A stretch of 64,000 nt of DNA from Octopus vulgaris (lineage: Eukaryota). The stretch lies in the NCBI GenBank assembly GCA_951406725.2, contig OX597817.1, positions 53,444,001-53,508,000 of the forward strand, in the 5' to 3' direction. A program made the translations under genes and the position numbers. The notes under the pieces were generated by a model that searched no databases, was not told where the DNA came from, and worked only from the letters and a program-made list of their open reading frames with translations. Numbering within the stretch: position 1 is the stretch's first letter; the number at the start of each line of letters is the position of its first letter. Positions 25,530 through 38,437 of the stretch are shown here, in pieces.

Positions 25530-26579
25530 TTGTTTTCTGAGTTGGTGGTTATTGGGGAAATGCTTATTTCTTAAGGATAAGTTTTTAACAAAGTTACATT
25601 TAACATTTTAGGACAAAGGAGATACTGTGGCTCTTCTTTTTTACTGTTGGATGTCAAGGGATTAGGTATATAGGTGCTTGATTATAGTATGTTGAATCAT
25701 GTTGTAGATTTCTTCATTTGATGACAAGTTAAAAATTCATGCTGTAGAGTTATTAAGTTTTTGGAAACTATGGGTGGGTGATGAGAACCTATACTAATAT
25801 ATGTAAATTTTCTTCATTAGGCTTACTGTAATAGTAAGACTATTCATAATCTTAGTAATTTTGCTGTTGTTAATGTTACTGGTGTATCTTGTCTTAAATA
25901 TTTGTGCAGTTAGGTTAGGTAGGGATAATGGAATGGTGTGGGGGTGAGGGTTACTCAAGGGAGGCAACTGGAAGTTGGGAGTGTGGGAGAAAGGTTATAT
26001 ACGGCTTACTTTGTTTTTTACAGTTATGATGATGCTGGTGTTGATAACAATGGTTGCGATGCACAGACATATGATAATGATGCTGGCAGTGGTTGTGCTG
26101 TATGATGATAACGCCTATAATGATGCTGATTGTGATGATACTGATGGTGATTATGATGATGAAGTGGTTGTGGTGATGATAAGGCTGTGACAGTGGTGGT
26201 GTTAATGGCTAGTGAGGTGACAAATGCCTTGATAATAGCAATATCAATAATATTAATGAGATGAGGATGATGGTTATGCTGTAGTTGGTGATGATGACTA
26301 TAATGATGCAGATGGTAATTTGAAAGTGTTTTGTCGAAACTGCTGGAATCATTTATTTATTCATATGTTATAACATTCTGGTTATTATCATCATCTGACA
26401 ATAATTATCTTGGGGCACACTAATTACTGTTTCATATCAAAACTTCTATTCCCCCCCGCCTCACTGTCTCTTACATGTATTTGTGTGTGTATGTGTGAGA
26501 AAATGTCTATTGCTACATGTGAGTGTGATTTTGCACATTTGTCGGTGTATTGAGGAAAAAACTATGCATATATATGCGC

Positions 26580-26765
26580 AGACATGGTTGTGTGGTAAGA
26601 AGCTTGCTTCTCAACCACATGGTTCCAAGTTCAGTCCCACTGCATGGCACCTTGGGTAAGTGTCTTATACTATAGCTTCAGGCCGACCGAAGCCTTTTCA
26701 GTGGATTCAGGAGACAGAAACTGAAAGAAACCCATGTGCACGCACGCGCGCACACACACACACAT
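26580..26765 (+). mobile_element. SINE family B, 5' half
   Basis: Head and CORE-like segment up to the microsatellite. Confidence 0.8.
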
Positions 26766-26854
26766 ATTCCTTCTATTGAAGCTCTTTTAACTTTTCTTGG
26801 ATGGTGGGATATCATATCCCTGTGTAAATCACACATACACACACACATTTCAGT

Positions 26855-27045
26855 TGATTCGCTGGTGTGAAGGAACGCGCTTACTCGCGTTAACAAAGGG
26901 ATGTGGGTTCGATTCCCATGCGGATAGGAAAGCCTTCTTTTTTCTGTCGAGGGCTTATATGCCCCTTTATTAGACTATTTTCCTTAGTCGTTGCATGGTG
27001 ATTGCCATAACCTTTAAGCTTATATAAAAAACCCATATATATATA
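26855..27045 (+). mobile_element. tRNA-derived head followed by a hammerhead-like half motif
   Basis: Clean B box GGTTCGATTCC (26906-26916) in a T-arm-like stem; CTGTCGA-GGGC-ttatat-GCCC at 26944-26964. Confidence 0.45.
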
Positions 27046-27580
27046 TCTGGGAGTGCTCGGGGTTGTGGTTGTTAGTGTGTATTGAAAGGTAGAGAGAGAC
27101 AGAGAAAGAGACAGACACTGTGTGAAATGAGGTGAGAAGATTATCTTTACCTTCACAGTTTTATGTCAGAAGTATTGGTTGTATAACAGAATAGATTTTC
27201 TAAACATTTTAAGCAGCAACGAATATAATGCAGCGTTACTATAGTGCATTCACTGCAGCAGTCGTAGTGCAGTCGATATACAATGCAGTTTTATCACAGC
27301 AGATACCGTGTAGTTAGCATAGTAGCGTATATGTAGAGTGTAGTCAATGCAGTTAATGCAGAAGACAATGCATTTAGTGTAATGTGCGTTTGTGTGTGTG
27401 TGTGTATATGTATGTATGTATATATATATATGTATGTATGTATGTATGTAAATGTGACTAGGGTAGGGTGTTGAAAAAACACCTACATTATTACTAGGTG
27501 TTTTTTAGCACCCTAGTCGCAGTCACGATTATAATTCTCCCTTTTGGTCAAACATTGCAACCTGCTGTTTATATTAATTT

Positions 27581-27608
27581 TATATATGTATGCATATACA
27601 TGTGTATA

Positions 27609-27672
<64 letters not shown>

Positions 27673-27803
27673 TGTATGTATGTATGCATATGTATGTATG
27701 TATATGTATGTATGTATGTATGCATATGTATGTATGTATGCATATGTATGTATGTATGTATGTATGCATATGTATGTATGTATGTATGCATATGTATGTA
27801 TGC

Positions 27804-27834
<31 letters not shown>

Positions 27835-28231
27835 TGCATATGTATGTATGTATGTATGCATATGTATGTATGTATGTATGCATATATATGTATGTATGTA
27901 TGCATATATATGTATGTATGCAGGCATATATACATATGAATGTATGTATGCATATATATGTATGTATGTATGTATGCATGTATGCATATATATGTATGTA
28001 TGTATGCATGTATGTATGCATATATCTATGTATATATGTATGTATGTATGTATGCATATATATCTATGTATATATGTATGTATGTATGTATGCATGTATA
28101 TGTATGTATGCATGTATATGTATGTATGTATGCATATATATGTATGTATGCATATCTATGTATGCATATATATGTATGTATGCATATATATATATGTATG
28201 TATGCATATATATATATGTATGTATGTATGC

Positions 28232-28264
<33 letters not shown>

Positions 28265-28390
28265 TGTATGTATGCATATATGTATGTATGCATGCATATA
28301 TATATATATGTATGCACATATGTATGTATATGTATGTATGTATATCTTATGTTTGTATGTATATATGTGTGTGTGTGTATATATATAGAT
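27581..28390. repeat. ~800-bp compound (TATG)n/(TATGCA) microsatellite
   Basis: Directly visible; source of the MYVC/HTYI ORFs. Confidence 0.97.
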
Positions 28391-28629
28391 GTATAGTGTA
28401 AAAACTACAATGCAGTAGGATATAGTGACGTCATATCAGAGACTGTCCTCTACTAACCTGGAACACTTTCCAATGGGAGGGAATGGTAATGATGGATGCT
28501 GTGTCATTGTTGACGATGTTGATGATAGTAGTGACGGTGGTGGTGGTGATTTATACAGACAGTGGTGAGAGAAGTGGTGGTGGTGATGACGTCATAGCAA
28601 TGGTAATGGTAACGGTGCTGATAGTAGCA

Positions 28630-28920
28630 GAGATAACTTTTTCTTAAAGACAGTTGGTCATAATTTGAGCGTAACTCACCTGCTATCTTCACCCACTCAA
28701 TCATGCTTTTATTATAGATTTGATAGACTTTCATGAATAGATCACCGGTTCTAATCCAATCAATGAACAGAGGAGATTCCAAAGAATCCGTATTCTGTTG
28801 AAGCCTGAGTACAATGGTCAGGAGTGGGTCCGAGGAGAAGGGGTCGGACACAATCAGGGAGTGTAGAGGTGGAGAGACAAGCCTGTGGTTAATGGTCAAT
28901 AGACTGTTGATCAGTTCAAT
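28630..28920 (-). mobile_element. Possible decayed CR1/L2 RT fragment
   Basis: TINHRL and DSLESPLFI..I..GDL are reminiscent of AFDTINH.LL and GS.LGPLLF..YI.DL. Confidence 0.3.
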
Positions 28921-28959
28921 AGTATTTCCAATATTTACTTATTTTAGTTTATTATTGAT

Positions 28960-29284
28960 CGTTACCGCATCACCTTACTAGCACTTGTGCTGGTGGCATG
29001 TGAAACATTTGAGTGAGGTCGTCGCCAGTGCCGCTGGACTGGCTCCTGTGCAGGTGGCACGTAAAAAGCACCATTTGGGTGTGGCCGTTGCCAGTACCAC
29101 CAAAATGGCCCTTGTGCCAGTGGCACATAAAAGCACCCACTACACTCTTAGAGTGGTTGGCATTAGGAAGAGCATCCAGCTGTAGAAACTCTGCCAGATC
29201 AGATTGGAGTCTGGTTCACCAGACCTCAGTCAAATCGTCCAACCCATGCTAGCATGGAAAGCGGACGTTAAATGATGATGATGA
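28960..29284 (+). mobile_element. SINE family C
   Basis: Family motif and (GAT)n tail. Confidence 0.85.
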
Positions 29285-29751
29285 TTTAAGTTATTTTCTA
29301 TGTCTAGGTCTGCCTTGAAACTGCAGATCAGGGATACTCTAGCCATGGCTATCCTGCCTTTTGGATTCAGATTTTAGGTTGTTCAGGGTGTGATTTAACC
29401 CTTTATCTCTTAAACCAGCTGTATTTGGCCCAAATATTCTATCTGTTTTACGTCCAAACTGGCCAGATCTGACCTTTCAGACCTACCCGGCAATGTCATT
29501 TTGAAACTAAACAATCACATCATAAGAATCTCAAAGCTACAGGATATTGCACGACTAATTGATTAGAATGGGATGATAAAAAGCATTACATGTTACAGAA
29601 TAATCTAAATGCTAATGGGTTAAGGGAAATTTGGCAGCTATTTCTTGAAGATCGAGCCACTACAAATCTTTTGAGTTGTTGGTTTGATTGCATGGGTATG
29701 CATGATTGTGCCTTCATGTGTGTGTGAGTGAGTGTGTGCACACACATATAA

Positions 29752-30340
29752 TAATCTTTTCTATTATAGGCACAAAGTCTTAAATTTGGGGGAGAGGGAT
29801 AATCGATTGCATTGACCCCAGCGTTTTACTGGTACTTAATTTATCGACCCTGGAAGGATGAAAGGCAAAGTCGATCTCGGCAGAATTTGAACTCACAACA
29901 TTGCGATAGGCGAAATACCGCTAAGTATTTTGTCCAGCATACTAACTTTCTGCCAGCTCACTACCTTACACATCATCATCATTGTTTAACGTCCGCTTTC
30001 CATGCTAGCATGGGTTGGACGATTTTGACTGAGGGCTGTCGAACCAGATGGCTGCACCAGGCTCCAATCTTGATCTGGCAGAGTTTCTACTGCTGGATGC
30101 CCTTCCTAATGCCAATCATCATCATTGTTTGATGTCTGTTTTCTGTGCTGGCATGGGTTGGATGGTTCGACAGGAGCTGGTAAGGCTGGAGGCCACCCCA
30201 GGCCCCATTGTCTGTTCTAGCATGGTTTCTGCAACAGGGTACCTACCCTTCCTAATGCCAACCACCCTACAGAGTGTACTGGGTGCTTTTTAAGTGGCAC
30301 TGACACCACTGCTTCTTACACAGCACCACCACTAGTGCTT
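29752..30340 (-). mobile_element. Cluster: one SINE A and two SINE C tails, all minus strand
   Basis: A at ~29752-29967; C at ~29970-30115 and ~30116-30340. Confidence 0.8.
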
Positions 30341-31182
30341 TTAACGTGATACACATACACAAACACACATTTACAACATAAAAGTTTGAAGGATATATAC
30401 CCCACCGCCTCTCACTCCACACACTCACACACACGTACGTTTATAAATACTACATTGAAATTTAGAAGCAAGACTTCCTCATTAGGGAGTTTCTATTTCT
30501 TTTAAGAATTTCTTTTATTTAGTTTTCTTCTCCAAATCTTTCCCTTAATCCAGTAACAAGTGTATTGGTTCTGGCAGGCTGACAACTTGTCTAAAATATG
30601 CTTTCATAGAAAGCAATCTATTTATCTTTCTCAAAGACGACTAAATTAATCTTCTCAACATCACACTTCTTTTTCTCTCTTTCCTCTCAACTATTTTTAG
30701 GTTATGTCCCCAGAAGATGGTGTATATTTTTGCTGCAGTGCAGCTTATCCCTTTAGGGTCCTTATTTATTTGTTTGTTTGTTTGTTTATTTTTGTCTTGT
30801 TTGATTTTTTTTTTCTGTTAGAACTGAAGCAGGGCTCCAGTTTCTGAATTGTTTACTGTCTTAGAATTCTATTTTGTGAGTGAAGAATTAATAGTGAAAA
30901 AATTCTTCAGAAATATCAATGGCTCTGAGATTTTTTTTTAAAGAAATATCTGATGTCTAAAAGGACAGTCAGCTGTAAAACCACCAACCACCATCACCAC
31001 TCCACTGGCAGTTAGACATGCTGTTTCATTTAAAATGTTTTGTACTAAGATCACAACCTGAGAACATAGTTTTCTGGTATGATGCCAAAGTTGGCCTGAC
31101 AACTCTAAAGTTTACCTTTATGAATGGAAAGGCAAGCTAATGCCAGGTCAGAGAGAACGACATGTATGTTCACATAAGTACA

Positions 31183-31344
31183 GAAGTGGCTGTGTGGTAA
31201 GAAGTTTGCTTTTCAACCACATGATTCTGGGTTCAGTCCCATTGTGTGGCACCTTGGGCAAATGTCTTCTACTATAGCCTGATGCTGACCAAGGCCTTGT
31301 GAGTGGATTTGGTAGACAGAAACTGAAAGGAGCCCATATATTTA

Positions 31345-31392
<48 letters not shown>

Positions 31393-31790
31393 TTGTGAGA
31401 ATTTACAAAAAGACAAAAGACAAAGACGGGCGTGTAGACAACAAACAAATGTATTAGTTTAGTGCTCGGGAAGTGAGAAAGTCTTTTACATTTCGAGCCT
31501 ACACTCTTCCACAGAAAGGAACACAGAAATAAACAGGCAGAGAAAATAAAAAAAGGTTTAGTAGCTAGCGATCTATCATGATCTAAATAGAATGTATGTA
31601 TTTGTGTGTCTGTGTTTGTCCACCCACCATCGCTTGACAACCTATGTTTGTGTGTTTATGTCCCCGTAACTTAGCTGTTTTGCAAAAGAGACCGATAGAA
31701 TAAGTCCTAGGGTCAATTTGTTTGACTAAAGGCAGTGCTCCAGCATGGCTGCAGTAAACTGACTGAAACAAGTAAAAGAAGAAAAGAATA
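31183..31790 (+). mobile_element. SINE family B with a ~195-bp insert in its (TA)n tract
   Basis: Head at 31183, tail at ~31790; unrelated insert at ~31388-31582. Confidence 0.85.
31483..31518 (-). ncRNA. Minimal type I hammerhead-like motif (variant or decayed core)
   Basis: Minus strand CUUU-CUGUGGA-a-GAGuguagGCUC-GAAA-uGUA-AAAG: stem I CUUU/AAAG, short stem II, GUA triplet. The core deviates from CUGANGA. Confidence 0.55.
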
Positions 31791-32156
31791 TGTGTGTGTG
31801 AAGATGTGTGACCTAGTGGTTAGTCTGTTGAACTCATGATCACTAGATTGTGTGTTTGATTCCCTGACTTGGCACCACATTGTGTTCTTGAGCTAAACAC
31901 TTCATTTCATGTTGCTTTGGTTCCTCCCTTTGATCAGAGGAAACGTTGGCCTACTGACCTAGCCAGTGGATTGGCATCATTGAAAAGCTAAAGCAGTGTA
32001 AAGGGCACTGTGACCATCGATGTGTAACAGCATCTGGTAGTCTATCTCTCTCTGTGTATGTGTGTATGTCCAGCAACACTGGTAATGACCACACTTGAAT
32101 GTTGATTTTTTTCATGTGCCACCAGCACAGGTGCCAGTAAGGCAACACTGGCAACA

Positions 32157-32201
<45 letters not shown>

Positions 32202-33068
32202 GCACAGCTGTGTGTGTGTGTGCACGTGCACAGGTTTGGTTTTGTGGTTAAGAAGTTTGCTTTACAACCATGTGGATTTGGATTCAGTCCTGCTGTGTGG
32301 CACCTTGGACAGATGCTTTCCAAATCCTGAATCGTGTGGTTGAGAAGCAAGCTTTTTACCACACTTCCACACTGTTCCAGTCTACCACAATTTTTGCCAC
32401 TAAATCTCCACAGATTTCCATAAACTTGAGATAATCCATAGACTTGCTTTAGCTGTTAATGTCATTTGGACGTTTTTCTTCAACAGATTTGTGGCTGACT
32501 TAAGACCAAAAGCCTAACAGCTATGAAAATCCAGTCTTTTTCTCCAAGCATTACCAAATTTTTATATTATTAAGGTGGTGCTCCAGCATGGTCACAGTCA
32601 AATGACTGAAACACACAAAAGGATTACTCAATATGCCCTTCCCTCTTTTAGCTGATTGGGTGTAATTTGAGAGAGATTTGGTTACTATCTCTAGTCAGTC
32701 AAGAGACGTTAGACTCCTCCTGGATAGCTTGTAATCAAATCCTTGGTCCCCACCTAGATTTGTGATATCTGATCTGTAATTCAAAGTAAACAAATATTTC
32801 TGATAGATTATCCACAACCCTGCCTGCTCCCCATTACTCACAATAATAGGCTGGTCTGATTTGTGTGTTTTCTCTCTGTTGTACAAAGAGACACACTTTT
32901 AAACAATAGACTGAATTAAAAGCTTAATACGCTTTAATCAATGCCATCCATCTATATTGACCATCCATTCATTGCTTTATATATATATATATATATATAT
33001 ATGTTGCCTTTTGTCATAGCAACTGATATGGAATTGTGAAAGTTGTTAGAAATATTTCTATATGTACA

Positions 33069-33099
<31 letters not shown>

Positions 33100-33207
33100 C
33101 AATATCCTTTTCCTCCTCCTCCTCATCATCATCATCACTTTAAGCCTACTAACCATGATGGTGTGGTTTGGGTAGATTGTAAATGTTGGTCAGCTTTTAT
33201 TCATTGT

Positions 33208-33482
33208 CATTGTTACCAACGTCGTCTTACTGGCACCTGTACCTGTGGCATGTGTAAAAAGATTTGAGCGAGGCCATTGCCAGTACCACCTGACTGGCCC
33301 TGTGCCTGTGGCACGTAAAAAGCACCCACTACACTCTCGGAGTGGTTCGTGTTAGGAAGGGCATCCAGCTGTAGAAACTCTGCCAGATCAAAATTGGAGC
33401 CTGGTGCGGCTGTCTGGTTTGCCAGCCCTCAGTTAAAATCGTCCAATCCATGCCAGCATGGAAAGCGGACGTTAAACAATGA
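33208..33482 (+). mobile_element. SINE family C
   Basis: Family motif. Confidence 0.85.
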
Positions 33483-34218
33483 ACGACTGCTTTCCTAGAT
33501 GGGTCAGATACCTATGTCTTGTATGCTTCAATTTTCGGCATGGTTTGAACGGGTGGAGGCTGTTCTTGACGCCAAGCCCTTTACAAAATAAACCAAGTAT
33601 ATATTTCATTGTAGCGCCTGCACTACAGATGTTATCATGCCTCCCAACAAGACTACAGAATCTTCTTGACCTTATGTTACCTCTGCTTGTTCATTGACCA
33701 CTTCATAGAGTGTATGAGGATGCTAGGGAGGCACAGTCCTAGCTAAGTATCTATTCTTGCAGTTGTCTCAGTTGGAAGACCGTATTGCTTGGGTACCTTT
33801 GGTCAGCACAAAGCAAAACTGTATCTCGTTTTATTATTTAAATTTTTGAATTACATATATATGATGGCACCAAAATCTTTTAAGTGCTTAGGGCCTCAAT
33901 GGGTCTTAATCTGGTCCTGCTTACATCGAAAACAAGTAAACGTTAGCATATAAAATCCTTCTTTAAATAAGACTCTTTTTTAACTCATGCTAGCATGGAG
34001 AAATGGACATTAGCCAAACAAGTGTGTTTGTTTGTTTGTTTGCTTGTGTGTGTTTGTGAAAATGTTTAAAATACTTGTAATTCAGAGCACAAGTGATTTA
34101 TCAAGTTGTCTCACAATTTGCTATCATCATACACAGACTGTCTACTCATCTCCCTCTCTCTCCAGCCACTTGATCTGGCCTTGTTTTTATTAATTTATTT
34201 AAAATACCTTGCCCATGT

Positions 34219-34250
<32 letters not shown>

Positions 34251-34329
34251 CCTTCTCTACAGATGTTAGCCATATTATTTCCTACTTGAAACATAATAAA
34301 AACACAATCATTGCATGATCCACTTCAAC

Positions 34330-34680
34330 TACACACACATATATGTGTGTGTGTGTGCACGTGTGTGTGTGTGTGTGTGTGCGTATGCATGTGTGTGTGT
34401 GTGTATGAATGTGTATGTGTGTGTGTATGAATGTGTATGTGTGTGTGTATGCATGTATATGTGTGTGTGTGTGTGCATGTATGTATGCATGTGTGTATAT
34501 ATACACACGTGTGTGTGTATAGTTGTGTGTGTAATACAAACACATACATATGTATGTAACTATATATGCATTTACATGTTTGTGATGCAACCAATGGCAG
34601 AGTAGAAGAAATCTAAGAATTTTCTAGAAAGCGTTATGTAAGAGTTGCTTTTTAAAAATCTATTTATTTATAATTTAAAA

Positions 34681-34720
<40 letters not shown>
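34330..34720. repeat. (TG)n/(TATG)n low-complexity tracts
   Basis: Directly visible. Confidence 0.9.
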
Positions 34721-34721
<1 letters not shown>

Positions 34722-34967
34722 TTACTTAAATCTTGGCACTGGCTTGTATGCATACCAGCCAAGGCAATCTGATTAGAAAAAAAAGCTTCCCTTAGCTGTA
34801 AACTTTACATGTAAAATCTCTTGAAAATTTTGGCAAATTTGGTTAAGAAATTTTCTTCTAAAATGTACCAAAATTTAGTAAAATAAAGAGTAACATATAT
34901 AAAAAAAAGAAAATGTTTTACAATCTTTTTTATTATTAATGATGATGATGATAATAAAATAATAATA

Positions 34968-35002
<35 letters not shown>

Positions 35003-35619
35003 TTCTTTATTGTCCACAAGGACCCATATATACAATAAATAAAGATAATGTTATTTTAAGAGAAACTGTTATTTTTACGTATTTCTTTATTTGAAAAGTT
35101 TTATTGCTTCAACATTGAACCAGTTTCTGAGAGAAATGTTAAAACATTGATATGCAGTGAGTGGTTGGGATGGAACCCCCCCACCCTAGCAGCCTAAGGA
35201 TGGGAAATGTGCCTATTGGATATGGCTAAAATTAGGATGTGTCTAGAATTAAAACATGACTAATGGTGTTAAGCAAGTTTTTAGTGTTTTAACTTTTTGA
35301 GAAACTAAATTAGATCTGGCAACAGAAACATGGAAATTTTCAGGCCTATATTTCCTAGCTGTCTGTTAGGTACAAATAGTGAATTGTGGGTTGTGGAAAC
35401 ATCTGGAAGGCTGGATTTTAGCTAGAGACGGTTTCTAGGTTTGAGTAAAAATGTTTGGACAAATGATTGTGATAACAAACTCTCAGCTGAATGATGAGTG
35501 GTTGTTGGTTGCTCGAGGTCAGTCTGTTCTTGTAAACAGACATTTTAGCCATTTCATCATTCATTCAGACAGTGCACCCCCACCACACTGTTGCTGTCAT
35601 TATCACAGCATCATCATCA

Positions 35620-35995
35620 GGAGGCGCAATGGCCCAGTGGTTAGGGCAGCAGACTCGTGGTCGGAGGATTGCGGTTTCGATTCCCAGACCGGGCGTTGCG
35701 TGTGTTTATTGAGCGAAAACACCTAAAGCTCCACGAGGCTCCGGCAGGAGGTGGTGGTGACTCCTGTTGTACTCTTTCGCTCCAACTTTCTCTCACTCTT
35801 TCTTCCTGTTTCTTGTTCCCGACTTCCTACGCAACCGCTGAGCCTGGATGTGCATTCATCCATCCGTCGATGCTCTCGGTGTTGGGGGTTGACCTGTTTT
35901 CTCTTCTGCGAGTCTTATGAATAGCAAAGGACCACGTTTCGGACGTCTCCCATCTTGTGGGCTCTGGGACGAAGACTGCTTCGCTCAACAGCTAC
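35620..35995 (+). mobile_element. CpG-rich tRNA-derived SINE family D, probably young
   Basis: A box tggcccagtggttag, B box ggtttcgattcc, CORE-like ttgagcgaaaacacct; inserted in a (CAT)n tract. Confidence 0.75.
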
Positions 35996-36944
35996 AGTAT
36001 CATCATCAACATCATTGTCATTTGTCTACTTTTCCATGTTGTCATAGGTTGGGTAGTTTTCCCTAGGTTAATATTTTGTGGCCAGATGCCCGTCTGGTTA
36101 TTTTTAACTTTTTTCAATTGCCTCTTACAACATGTAGGATAACAATGTACCTATTCTAAAACCATCATACCTTTCCATTTTTTGAAGAAAGTAGCATATG
36201 AATTAATGCTTTTGATACCAACCCATCTGTGACCACCCCTACTTCTGTGATAAACATTTCATGTTAAAGTGATCTAAAGACTTTACATCAAAATTTCATA
36301 TGTTCTAAACACCTGCTTAATAATGATCAAGTCATTTTATGAAATTGTTCTCTAGTGTCAAAATTAATTGAAATAAAAACAGTATATTTCAACAGAAATA
36401 TGTTAACAGAATTAAAGGAGATTTGGCTGCTATTTCTAGCTGGTTGAGCAACCATATAGCAGCTCACCTCAACATCTATTAGAAGGAGTATTAACAGATT
36501 TACATTCAATAAATGGCCATAGCAATGTTTATAGATCGCATTTTAAAACAGATCGTGTGTGTGTACATAGATTGGTTGACCATACACATCAAATAATCCC
36601 AGCTTATCTACGAAATTAACGCACTCACACAGTCAGCAGATTATGTAATTTCTGTTTATCTCACTTAATTTAAAATACACACACACACACTAACACACGT
36701 GCATGAGTGTATGTGTAACCTGGTAAACCTGTTCAGCAGTAAATGATGAGAGATGGTAATAAATCTTTTGGTGTATGTGTAAATATTTAGAAAAATGTCA
36801 GTGAATAACTATAAAATATGATGACATGTGTCGGTTTATAGTTTAAGCCTTTTCTCATAATATTTCTAATGCAATACACTATTTGTGGGGGTCATTTAAC
36901 TTTGGAAAAAAGAATTTGGTAGAGAAGCCAATTAAAATTGCAGC

Positions 36945-37371
36945 CGTGGCAGATACCAGTGTCATGCAAATGGCACCTGTGCTGGTGGCACGTAAAAGCA
37001 CCTCTTGAGCATTGGGCCTCACACAGGCGAGGACCGAGATCATTTAGTATTATGCTGGGCTTCGAGTGTTGGGCCTCATGGAGGCAATGACTGAATCCAT
37101 TGGTATTATGCCATGTTTGGAAAGAAGGCCCATTAAGCTGAGTAAAACCACAGTCAGAGCAGATACCGGTGTCATGGAAATGGTATCTTCACCGGTGGCA
37201 CGTAAAAGCACCCATTACACTGTTGGAGCCGTTGGCGTTAGGAAGGGTATTCAGCCGTAGAAACCATGTCAAAACAGACTGGTGTCTGGTACAGCATTCC
37301 AGCTTTCCAGCTGTGATCAAACCATCCAACCCATGCCAGCATGGGCAATGGACCCTAAATGATGATGATGA
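36945..37371 (+). mobile_element. SINE family C variant
   Basis: Internal repeats plus the family 3' motif and (GAT)n tail. Confidence 0.8.
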
Positions 37372-37966
37372 TGGTTTAATAAAACATCTTAGTGCCATTG
37401 ATCCGATGTTTAGGTCATAATGAAACAATTTTACATAATGTGGATGTTTTGTTACAAAACCGGAATATTGCATTATTTACCTAGAAAGGACCTAAAATAT
37501 GAACTCATGGCACATAAAAACACTCTTATTTATATCATTGGCAAACAAGAATCTTCTGCTACAGTTGCTAGAACTACTAGATCATGTAATTTCGCCGTTT
37601 TGGGTTTCTCAGTGACAGACATCCAGTAGCAACATAACAGTTGAATCCCATTGTCAATGATATATAGAATTCATGGGGCTTTTTATTTACCACGAATCTA
37701 AATGAGAGGGTCTCTCTAGGCCAGCATTTCTCAACCAGGGTTCTGCAAAAGGTTCCTAGGGGTTCTGCGAGAAAGAGTGAGACAAGCTTATGTTAATTTC
37801 ATGAGTGTAATATTACTATAAATGCACAACATTGGTTATTGCAATTTTGTAATATTGACATCATGCTATCTAACCTATTATGTTATCAAAAAAATATAAT
37901 AACCATTGGGAATATATATATATATAGAAAATGAAAGACAGAAGATGGAATACACAAGAATTTATT

Positions 37967-38080
37967 ATTAATCACAACAATTGTTTCAACACATCTAGCA
38001 TCGATTCCTCTTGGGTGGAACACTCAGCAACTGATTCAGGAGTATCTGGTGGTGCAGATGTATCTTGTCGGGTGATTAAT
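37967..38080 (-). ncRNA. Decayed type I hammerhead ribozyme of Penelope-like origin
   Basis: Minus strand: stem I AUUAAUCAC/GUGAUUAAU (9 bp, perfect), core CCGACAA (2 changes from CUGACGA), stem II GAUACAUCU/AGAUGUGUU, GAAAC-AAUU-GUU palindromic stem III. Confidence 0.65.
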
Positions 38081-38307
38081 AAATACAAATTGTTAAAATA
38101 ACAGTTTCGCAATGTAACTTTCCATTTTGTAGAGAGAAAAGCAGCCTAGAACCAACTAGAAATGGTAACAGATGTGGGGTGTATAAAAATGAGTTTATAA
38201 AAGGGTTATTCCTGATTCAATTCCTTGTGAGTTGTAATAGAATATTTATGTCAGTGTGTGTGTCTTAGAAATGTTCTAAACCCAGTTCATTCTTTGTCTA
38301 CTTTCAG

Positions 38308-38437
38308 TCGAAACCAACTAACCATGTTACCAGCATTTCTTTGTCAACTACCTATGTTGGAGGTTTTATTGGCAAATAACAACAAATTAGTTTCTCTGCC
38401 CCCAGAAATTTGCAAATTAGAACGATTAATGGATTTG
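38308..38437 (+). CDS. LRCH: Next LRCH coding exon (130 bp, phase 2 to 0)
   Basis: tttcag acceptor and TTG|gtaagt donor. AG+T completes the Ser codon, then RNQLTMLPAFLCQLPMLEVLLANNNKLVSLPPEICKLERLMDL. Phase-compatible with the previous exon and continues the LRR register. Confidence 0.95.

Noticed and set aside
27498-28401. Long ORFs up to 296 aa (MYVC/HTYI repeats)
   Set aside because: Translations of a (TATG)n microsatellite that lacks stop codons in several frames.
35620-35700. tRNA genes at SINE heads (also 13705, 26860, 53060)
   Set aside because: A/B boxes are present but no complete cloverleaf, and each continues into a repeat body.
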